NCBI GenBank assembly: GCA_037447115.1
Contig: JBBIHH010000001.1
Coordinates: 178,797 to 242,796 of the forward strand
Source of the DNA: Acidobacteriota bacterium
Lineage (GTDB): Bacteria > Acidobacteriota > Polarisedimenticolia > Polarisedimenticolales > JBBIHH01
Reading direction: 5' to 3'
Length of the DNA stretch: 64,000 bases
The translations under genes were made by a program, and so were the position numbers. The notes below the pieces were generated by a model that was given only the letters and a program-made list of their open reading frames with translations, was not told the DNA's origin and ran no database searches. Positions 18,747 through 25,726 of this stretch are shown in pieces. The stretch's first letter is position 1. Each line of letters starts with the position of its first letter.

Positions 18747-19730
18747 ATGCCCGCGAACCTCACGCCCGACTACCGGGAGGCGGAGCGCCAGTACCGGCAG
18801 GCCCGCGGCCCCGAGGAAAAGCTGGCCGCGTTGCGGCGGATGCTGGCGACGATACCCAAGCACAAGGGCACGGAAAAACTTCAAGCCGACATCAAGCAGC
18901 GCATCTCGCGCCTGAACGAGGCCCTGCAGCGCCAGGCGCACCGCAAGGGCTTCGCGGTGCGCGTGGAACGCGAGGGGGCGGGACAGGTGGTGGTGGTGGG
19001 CCCGCCCAACGCGGGCAAATCGTCGCTCGTGCGGGCGCTCACGGGCGTGGAGACGGAAGTCGCCGACTACCCCTACACCACGCGCAAGCCCGTGCCCGCG
19101 ATGATGCCCTATCGCGACGTGCGGGTGCAGCTCGTGGACATGCCGCCTGTGTCCTCGGCCCACGTCGAAGACTGGATCCCGAACCTCGTGCGCACCTGCG
19201 ACGCCGCGCTGCTCGTGGCGGATCTCGGGACGGACGAGGTGCTGGAGCAGGTGGAGGACTGCCTCGCGGCGCTCGAGGCGCGCAAGATCCGCCTCGTCGG
19301 CGCCGTGAGCGAACCCGATCCGTGGGCCAGCATCGCGGAGAAGCGGGCCCGCCTCGTGGCGGCCAAGGCGGATGCTGCCGGGGCGCGCGAGCGCTGGGAC
19401 GCCCTGGCGGCGCTCTACGCGGAGCGGCTGCCCGCGCTGGCGGTCTCGGCCGCCACCGCTCAAGGTCTCGAGGCGCTCCGGGAAGAGATTTTCGCGTTGC
19501 TCGACCGCATTCGCGTCTACTCCAAGCGGCCAGGACACACCGCCGAGAGGGAGCCCTTCGTTTTGCCCCGCGGCAGCACGGTCCTCGATTTCGCCCGGGA
19601 GGTCCACGGCGAGCTGGCGGAGCGCCTCGCCTACGCCCGCATCTGGGGCGAGGGCAAGTTCGACGGGCAGCGCGTTCAAAAAGACCATGTTCTCGGCGAC
19701 GGGGACATCGTCGAGCTCCACGCGGGCTGA
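18747..19730 (+). CDS. DRG/Rbg-type OBG-family GTPase with C-terminal TGS domain
   Basis: 327 aa. The N-terminal helix reads ..ATIPKHKGTEKLQADIKQRISRL... G1 is GPPNAGKSSL. ..YPYTTRKPVPAMM.. is present. The TGS-like tail reads ..RIRVYSKRPG.. ..VLGDGDIVEL... Confidence 0.85.
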   Translation: MPANLTPDYREAERQYRQARGPEEKLAALRRMLATIPKHKGTEKLQADIKQRISRLNEALQRQAHRKGFAVRVEREGAGQVVVVGPPNAGKSSLVRALTGVETEVADYPYTTRKPVPAMMPYRDVRVQLVDMPPVSSAHVEDWIPNLVRTCDAALLVADLGTDEVLEQVEDCLAALEARKIRLVGAVSEPDPWASIAEKRARLVAAKADAAGARERWDALAALYAERLPALAVSAATAQGLEALREEIFALLDRIRVYSKRPGHTAEREPFVLPRGSTVLDFAREVHGELAERLAYARIWGEGKFDGQRVQKDHVLGDGDIVELHAG

Positions 19731-19736
19731 GCGGTC

Positions 19737-22538
19737 ATGAAGCGCACGCCGCCGAAATCCTCCCCCGGCGGAACGCAAGCTGCCGCGCCGCAGCCCCTGG
19801 GGGCGCTGCGCGATGTGGTGGCCACGGTACGGGGCCGCCCGCTGCCGGCCCCCGCGTTCCATGCCGACGCGCACCTGGAGCGCGACCTCGGCCTCGATTC
19901 GCTCGCCCGCATGGAGCTTTTTTCCCGTCTCGAAGAGCGCTTCGGCGTGAAAATCGGCACGGCGCGGGCGGCGCGCATCGAAACGGTGCGCGAACTCCTC
20001 GAGGCCCTCGCGCAACCGGACGCGCCCGCCGGCGAGACATTCCGCGGCAGCCTGGAGTTGCCGGAACCCTCGGCTTGCGCGGCCCCGCCGAGCGCGCAGA
20101 CGCTGATCGAGGTGTTGGACTGGCACGCCCGCCACCAGGGCGAGCGGCTGCATCTGCGCGTGCTGGCCGACGACACGGCGGCCATCGACGTGACCTATGC
20201 CCGGCTGTGGAACGGGGCCCGGCGCGTGGCCTCGCAGCTCGTGATGCGCGGCGTGCGGCCCGGCTCGGCCGTGGCGCTGATGCTGCCCACCGCCGTCGAG
20301 TATTTCCCGGTGTTCTTCGGCGCCATGCTCGCGGGCGGGTTCGCGGTACCCCTCTACCCTCCCGTGCGTTCGTCCCAGATCGAGGAGCACCTGCGGCGCC
20401 AGAGATCGATCCTGCGCAACTGCGAGGCCCGCGTGCTCGTGGCGAGCCCCGAGGTGCGCCGGGCGGCGCTGTGGCTGCGCGACGCCGTGCCGTCCCTGGA
20501 GTTGTTGACGGACCCGCGGACGCTCCTGCAGGACGCTCCGGAGGCGGGACTCCCGGCCCCACCCCGCGCGGACGATCTGGCGATGCTCCAGTACACCTCG
20601 GGGAGCACCGGCGAGCCGAAGGGCGTGGAGCTCACGCACCGCAACCTGCTGGCGAACATCCGCGCCATGGCCGCCTCCGTCGGCGCCTCCCCTTCGGATG
20701 TCATGGTGAGCTGGCTTCCCCTCTACCACGACATGGGGCTCATCGGCGCCTGGTTCGGCAGCCTCTGCCAAGCCGTTCCCTTCGTGGTGATGTCCCCCCT
20801 GGCGTTTCTCGGACGACCCTCCCGCTGGCTGTGGGCCATCCACCACCACCGCGGCACCCTCTCCGCGGGCCCCAACTTCGCTTTCGAGCTGTGCCTGCGG
20901 CGCGTCACCGACGGCGAGATCGAAGGTCTCGATCTGTCGTCGCTGCGCATGCTCTTCAACGGCGCGGAGCCCGTCCTTCCCTCGACGCTGGAGCGCTTCC
21001 ATGCGCGGTTCGCGCGCTACGGGTTGCGGCGCGAGGCGCTCGCGCCGGTCTACGGGCTGGCGGAGTGTTGCGTGGGGTTGTCGTTCCCGCCGCCGGGCCG
21101 CGGGCCCGTGCTCGACCGGGTACGCCGCGAATCCCTGGAGCGCCACGGACGCGCCGAACCGGCGCCGGAGGACACCCCCCGCGCAGCGGTCTTCGTCGGC
21201 TGTGGCCGACCCCTGCCGGGTCACGAGATCCGCATCGTGGACGGCCGGGGCCGGGAGGTTCCGGAGCGGACGGAGGGACGCATCCAGTTTCGCGGGCCGT
21301 CGTGCACCCGGGGCTACTACCGCAACCCGGAAGCCACACGGGCCCTCTTCGACGGCGCGTGGCTGGAGTCGGGCGACCGCGGTTACGTGGCGGGGGGCGA
21401 GCTGTTCGTCACGGGCCGCGCAAAGGATCTCGTGATCCGCGCCGGCCGCAACATCCATCCCCAGGAGATCGAGGACGTGGTGGGGGAGCTGCCGGGCCTG
21501 CGCAAGGGCTGCGTCGTCGCGTTCGGCGTGCTGGACGAGGCGGAAGGCACGGAGAAGCTGGTCGTCGTGGCGGAGACGCGCGAAACGGACCCGGTGGCCC
21601 TCGAGGGATTGCGGGAGGCGGTGGCGCGCGCCGTGGCGGCACGCCTCGAACTTCCGCCGGACGAGGTGGTGCTCGTGCCTCCCCACAGCGTGCTCAAGAC
21701 CTCGAGCGGGAAGCTCCGGCGCGATGCGACGCGCCGGCTCTATCTCGAAGGGACCCTCGGCCGGGCGCGCTCCGTGCGGGCCCAGCTCTTGCGCCTGGCG
21801 CTGGCGTCCGCTGGCAGCGGCTTGCGTCGCCGGCTACGGGAGGCTGCCGCCACCGCCTGGGGGCTCTGGGCCTGGGGCTGGTTCGGTGTCCTGGCGCTGC
21901 CAGTCGGGCTTTCGGCGTTCCTGGTCCCCACCGAGCGGGCACGGCGGCGCGTGCTGCGGGCCGCATTCGCCGCCTTCCGCGCCGTCACGGGTCTGCGCGT
22001 CGCGCTGAGCTGCCCGAACCGTCCGCCGGACTCCAGCCGCCCCTGCGTTTTCGTGGCGAACCACGCGAGCTACGCCGACGGGATCGTCTTGGCCGGCATG
22101 CTTCCCTGGCCCTTCGCCTTCGTCGCAAAAACGGAGCTGCGCGACGCGCCCTTCGTGGGACGGATGCTCGAGCGCATCGGCACGATCTTCGTGGAGCGCA
22201 GGGGGAACGACGCGGCCCGGGCCAGAGAAGAAGCGGTGGCAGCGCTCCGGCAGGGACGCTCGCTTCTCTTTTTCCCGGAAGGCACCTTCGATCGCGCCCC
22301 GGAGCTCTTGCCGTTCCGCATGGGAGCGTTTCTCGCGGCAGCGGAGGTGGGCGTGCCTGTGGTGCCCGTGGCCGTGCGGGGAACGCGGGACCTGCTGCGG
22401 GCCTACGACTGGCTCCTGCGGCGCACGCCCATCGCGGTGACGGTCGGCCCGCCTCTCGAGCCTGCTGGCGGCGGCGACACCTGGTCCCGTGCCCTCCAGC
22501 TCCGCGACTGCGCCCGGGCCTGGATCGCCAGCCAGTAG
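19737..22538 (+). CDS. tri-domain ACP - fatty acyl-AMP ligase (FAAL) - TM - lysophospholipid acyltransferase (PlsC/LPLAT) protein
   Basis: 933 aa. The carrier motif is ..LGLDSLARMEL... The adenylation motifs are ..YTSGSTGEPKGV.., ..GDRGY.. and ..GRAKDLVIRAGRNIHPQEIE... TM helices lie around residue 690-720. The acyltransferase HX4D motif is ..VANHASYADG.. and ..FFPEGT.. is present. Confidence 0.9.
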   Translation: MKRTPPKSSPGGTQAAAPQPLGALRDVVATVRGRPLPAPAFHADAHLERDLGLDSLARMELFSRLEERFGVKIGTARAARIETVRELLEALAQPDAPAGETFRGSLELPEPSACAAPPSAQTLIEVLDWHARHQGERLHLRVLADDTAAIDVTYARLWNGARRVASQLVMRGVRPGSAVALMLPTAVEYFPVFFGAMLAGGFAVPLYPPVRSSQIEEHLRRQRSILRNCEARVLVASPEVRRAALWLRDAVPSLELLTDPRTLLQDAPEAGLPAPPRADDLAMLQYTSGSTGEPKGVELTHRNLLANIRAMAASVGASPSDVMVSWLPLYHDMGLIGAWFGSLCQAVPFVVMSPLAFLGRPSRWLWAIHHHRGTLSAGPNFAFELCLRRVTDGEIEGLDLSSLRMLFNGAEPVLPSTLERFHARFARYGLRREALAPVYGLAECCVGLSFPPPGRGPVLDRVRRESLERHGRAEPAPEDTPRAAVFVGCGRPLPGHEIRIVDGRGREVPERTEGRIQFRGPSCTRGYYRNPEATRALFDGAWLESGDRGYVAGGELFVTGRAKDLVIRAGRNIHPQEIEDVVGELPGLRKGCVVAFGVLDEAEGTEKLVVVAETRETDPVALEGLREAVARAVAARLELPPDEVVLVPPHSVLKTSSGKLRRDATRRLYLEGTLGRARSVRAQLLRLALASAGSGLRRRLREAAATAWGLWAWGWFGVLALPVGLSAFLVPTERARRRVLRAAFAAFRAVTGLRVALSCPNRPPDSSRPCVFVANHASYADGIVLAGMLPWPFAFVAKTELRDAPFVGRMLERIGTIFVERRGNDAARAREEAVAALRQGRSLLFFPEGTFDRAPELLPFRMGAFLAAAEVGVPVVPVAVRGTRDLLRAYDWLLRRTPIAVTVGPPLEPAGGGDTWSRALQLRDCARAWIASQ

Positions 22539-22574
22539 GCGAACATTCCGCTTTTCCCGGCCGTGCCGCTCGCG

Positions 22575-22602
22575 CTCGCCCGCGCCGTTTCGCGCGGGCG
22601 AG
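22575..22602 (+). terminator. GC-rich hairpin 37 nt after the FAAL-fusion stop
   Basis: CTCGCCCGCGC - CGTTTC - GCGCGGGCGAG forms a perfect 11-bp stem with a 6-nt loop. There is no U-tract, which is common in high-GC genomes. Confidence 0.4.
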
Positions 22603-22981
22603 GGCCCCTCGCCCCGGCAAGCGCGACCCGGTGGCGGCTACGGGACCGGAGCCGAAGGACCGGGGGACGGCCCCTCACGGCTCGCAACTTCCCGGACCCG
22701 CGATCCGCTCCGCGCCGTTCGAGGCTCGATCCCACGAACCCGGCCCGAAGTTCGACCCCGCGCTGCCGCGGTAGAGGTGCTGAAGGGTCTGCGCGAGGCT
22801 CGGTCAGCAGTCGAGAGCGAGCGACGAGACGGAGGCAAGGATAGAAACAGCGAAAGTCCTGAGGAGTGACGAGCATGGGCGGCGCGATGTACGAGCCCGT
22901 CTTTCGTCACGGGCAGAACCGTAAAGGCTCACACCCCGCACGGCGCTATGGCTCGTCATGAGGGCCACCTCCGGACCGAAG

Positions 22982-23536
22982 TCACAGACGATCACGTTGG
23001 ATGCAGGCGAAGGTCGAGCAGATCTGTTGACCGGTTTCGTCGATGCCACACCTCTGGATGACACTGGGCGGGTTGAAGTCCGTCCACTCTGCTCCACCAT
23101 GCCTCCATGCGACGGCTTCTGCTGTCGACGAGATGATGTTGGTGCAAAAAGGATTGGTGCAGTCTGTGTTATCGCACGTCGTGCAGGTGGGGCTTGCAAC
23201 CCCGCAATTCGGCATGAAGCAGACGGCACGCGCCTGGGTGCCGGGTGCGATTTCCAATGTTCGATTGATGATGCATTGACACGAGGTCCCGTCGCTGCAG
23301 TTAAGGCCAGAGCACCGGGACGGGCCTGCCCCATTGCCGACGCGGATGTTGAGGCGTATGCGGTACCAGTCCGGAGAGTTGTTGATGACCAGCGCCCCTG
23401 CCTCGAAGAAGGAGCACGGCCCGGGCGCAGAGTGGGCGCTACAGATCCTGACTTCGCCGTTGGGGTCGGCAGGGTTGTCCGCCACTGTCGGCGGTGAGAT
23501 CAACAGAAGAAACGAAACGACGCCGAACCGCAGCAA
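22982..23536 (-). CDS. Cys-rich secreted orphan protein; the likely native start is ATG 23603, currently out of frame
   Basis: 184-aa ORF from TTG 23536 with a hydrophobic leader ..LLRFGVVSFLLLISPPTVA/DNP.. and about 15 Cys. Its Asn/Ser/Thr/Ile-rich composition sits in a locally lower-GC stretch. The antisense ORF 22958-23497 is Arg/Ala/Gly junk. Confidence 0.6.
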   Translation of the reverse strand: MLRFGVVSFLLLISPPTVADNPADPNGEVRICSAHSAPGPCSFFEAGALVINNSPDWYRIRLNIRVGNGAGPSRCSGLNCSDGTSCQCIINRTLEIAPGTQARAVCFMPNCGVASPTCTTCDNTDCTNPFCTNIISSTAEAVAWRHGGAEWTDFNPPSVIQRCGIDETGQQICSTFACIQRDRL

Positions 23537-23568
23537 GCGGGCGAGTGCGCCTTGTCTTGGGGCCTTCT

Positions 23569-23600
23569 GTGTGTGTGCGTGTGTGTGTGTGTGTGTGTGT
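23569..23600 (-). repeat. dinucleotide microsatellite (AC)11 G (CA)4 C directly after an SD+ATG
   Basis: The plus strand reads GTGTGTGTG C (GT)11 and then CAT (23601-23603). On the minus strand this is GGGAGG-CATTC-ATG-(AC)11... Confidence 0.95.
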
Positions 23601-23827
23601 CATGAATGCCTCCCTACATGGACATGGCCCAATGGTTGGGGGGAGCAGCCGACAAGACCGCAAGCTTTCCGGGGCGGAGATCCCCGCGCCGTCAATCGCC
23701 GTGTTCGGGCCCCTCATTTCCACACCGGCAAGCTCGACCGACGCTCGACTGCATGGACAATCGACCTTGGCCCTCACACAGTCAAGAAGGTCTCGCGGTC
23801 CGCGTCTTCAGAAGAGCGTCAGCTGGG

Positions 23828-23935
23828 GAGGATAGGTGTTTCCATCCACGCAACCCAGGCCGCTGGACCGCCCCGAGTCTCGGCTCCCGTTCGTGACGCC
23901 CCGATCCTACCCCTTCCCCCCTCCAGGGGGAAGCC
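23828..23935. repeat. copy A of an about 110-bp direct repeat
   Basis: An 86-nt core (23828-23913) differs from 31664-31749 at 6 positions by manual alignment, with weaker similarity for about 20 nt further. It contains the hairpin CTTCCCCC/GGGGGAAG. Confidence 0.85.
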
Positions 23936-24564
23936 AAGCGCGCGTCGAAGCAGGGGAGCTCGAGAAACTCCCCCTGCTTCGTAAAGGCGCCGTCGATCGC
24001 GAGCAGGCGCAGATGGGGGTGGAAGGCGGCCGCGCAGGCGCCGAAGGTGTGGATGGACACGACCAGCCCCGGTAGGGAATCTTGCCGGTCGAGGATCGCG
24101 CGGAAGCTCTCGAGGAGGGCGTCCCGGGCCGCTCGGGCGAGCAGGCCCGGCAGCCTCCGCTCCCTCCGGAACAGTCCCCGCAGCCCCCGCGAAATCGTCA
24201 GCACGACGTGGCGGTGCGGGACGGGCTCGAGGACCTCCTGGACCAGCTTCTCGGCGAAGGCGGCCGACCGCTTCGCCTGGCAACTCGGGCAGAACTGCCT
24301 CGTGCGGCAGCTGAAGGCGAGCAGGTGCTCGGCCCGGCACGAGGGGGGGCAGCGGATGCGAACGAAGCCTCCCTCGGGCCGCCCGCAGGCGAGGTAGGCC
24401 TCCACGGCCGCGGGGACCACCCGCCGCAGCGGCCCCTGCCGCGGCTCATAGCGCTCCTCGTACTCCCGCACGTACCGCTCGAAGTGCTCCTCGAACAGCC
24501 GGTAGAAGGCGGTGAGCTCGGGGTGGCGGGGCCGGTAGACCCCGACGGCCTCGGTGGGGCCCAT
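23936..24564 (-). mobile_element. IS91-family (rolling-circle Y2) transposase, 3'-truncated remnant
   Basis: The N-terminal region reads ..YRPRHPELTAFYRLFEEHFERYVREY.. ..LACGRPEGGFVRIRCPPSCRAEHLLAFSCRTRQFCPSCQAKR.. ..HTFGACAAAFHPHLRLLAIDGAF... Similarity ends where repeat copy A begins, and the rest of the ORF is translated repeat. Confidence 0.75.
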
Positions 24565-24904
24565 CCCTCCAGGGGTGCGGGAGGCGACCCGGGACCCTCG
24601 CGAGGAGGCTCCTCGTCATGATGCGCCCCGGAAGTCGGGCTCCCCACCGGTGGCTACGGCCGAGAGTCGGCGACGCGGGCCCGGTAGAGATCCACGCACC
24701 ACGGGATGCAGATCCCGAGCTCCGGGCTCCAGGAGGGCGCTGCGCGATCCCGAGCGTGACCGGAATCACCTGGCCCTCGGCCATGTGGGTTACGGCAGCC
24801 AGCCGCTGCTCCTGTCCGGCCTTTCCCACCGGGAGGGGCTCCGGGCCGCTTCCCGCGCGCGTGAGCTAGACTGTCCGGTGCCTCGAAAAGCCAGGAGGTT
24901 CACC

Positions 24905-25726
24905 GTGGCCGGACCGCGTTCTGCTTGCCTTCGTCCCGTATCCTTCCTGCTCCTCGTTCTCACCGGGCTTCTGCTCGCGGGGCCGATCCCTTCCGAGCTT
25001 TTCAGGGCGGGCGCGGGGGCGGCATCCAGGGCGCCGTCCCCGCAGCGATTGCACGTCGAGACGAGCCGCGGCACCCTCGAACTTCGCGTCTACGCCCCCG
25101 CCTCTTCCGACGAAGGCGAGCCCCCGGTGCTTTTCCTCTCGGGCGAGGGAGGCTGGCGGCGGTTCGATGAGGGCCTCGCCGCCCACGCGCGCGCCGCGGG
25201 GTTCTGGGTCGGCGGCTTCGACTGCTGGAGCTACTTCTGGAAGCCTCAGGACGATCGGGACGCCCTCGCCCGGGACATCCGCGCTTGCGCTGACGCCCTG
25301 GCTCGGGCTGCCGGCCGGCCCCCGGGAGCTCCCTTCATCCTCGCCGGCTACTCCTTCGGCGCGGATCTTGTCCCGTGGATCGCCGGAGGGGCGGACTGGG
25401 GCGGCCGCCTCCGCGGTCTCTTGATGATCGGCCCGGATCTCACGGGAAGCCTCGAGGTCCGCATCAGCGAGCTCCTCGGTTTTCGCCCCTCGACCCACGT
25501 CTTCTCCGTCTCCGACGCCCTGCGAAGCGCGGCGGGAGTGCCCGTCGTCCTCGTGCACGCCTCGAAGGACGACTCCTCCGACGCACCGGCTCTCGCTGCC
25601 GTGGCTTCCGACCCGAAGAAGCTGATCGTGGTCGAGGGCGGAAGCCACCACTTTTCGGGCGCGGAGCGCGGTTTGGAGGAGGCCGTCGCCGGAGGTCTCG
25701 GATGGCTCCTGGCGACCGGTCGTTGA
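24905..25726 (+). CDS. single-domain AcvB/VirJ-like alpha/beta hydrolase, secreted
   Basis: GTG 24905 lies 6 nt after AGGAGG. A signal/TM segment is present. The sequence reads ..VLFLSGEGGWRRFD.., ..GFDCWSYFWKPQ.. and ..LAGYSFGADL... Confidence 0.8.
   Translation: MAGPRSACLRPVSFLLLVLTGLLLAGPIPSELFRAGAGAASRAPSPQRLHVETSRGTLELRVYAPASSDEGEPPVLFLSGEGGWRRFDEGLAAHARAAGFWVGGFDCWSYFWKPQDDRDALARDIRACADALARAAGRPPGAPFILAGYSFGADLVPWIAGGADWGGRLRGLLMIGPDLTGSLEVRISELLGFRPSTHVFSVSDALRSAAGVPVVLVHASKDDSSDAPALAAVASDPKKLIVVEGGSHHFSGAERGLEEAVAGGLGWLLATGR

Noticed and set aside
18348-22774. Very long ORFs 18348-21686 (minus strand, 1112 aa) and 19322-22774 (plus strand, 1150 aa) overlap the GTPase and FAAL-fusion genes.
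   Set aside because: Their Arg/Ala/Gly/Pro-dominated, low-complexity translations are typical of antisense or off-frame reading in 70% GC DNA. The in-frame genes 18747-19730 and 19737-22538 carry clear family motifs. Only the last 101 aa of the minus-strand ORF (the ABM protein) is real.
22875-22961. A 28-aa plus-strand sORF (MGGAMYEPVFRHGQNRKGSHPARRYGSS) with GAGGAG 8 nt upstream, in the gap after the FAAL-fusion gene.
   Set aside because: There is no recognisable motif, hydrophobic segment or partner gene. It overlaps the probable 3' hairpin of the convergent Cys-rich gene. Chance SD-plus-ATG combinations are frequent, so the evidence is insufficient.
23569-23600. The GT/AC run as a CRISPR-like or other interspersed repeat array.
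   Set aside because: It is a simple dinucleotide microsatellite with no spacers. No CRISPR repeats or cas genes were seen anywhere in the window.
23828-23935. The repeat element as a known structured RNA (group II intron domain V/VI, ZTP, fluoride, c-di-GMP or cobalamin riboswitch) or as an integron attC or tRNA-derived att site.
   Set aside because: I could not fit the sequence to any of those consensus features from memory. It has no AGC-triad 34-nt domain V hairpin, no riboswitch core motifs and no R''/R' attC boxes. The 93% identity is not the exact identity expected of att duplications. It is left as an unclassified repeat.
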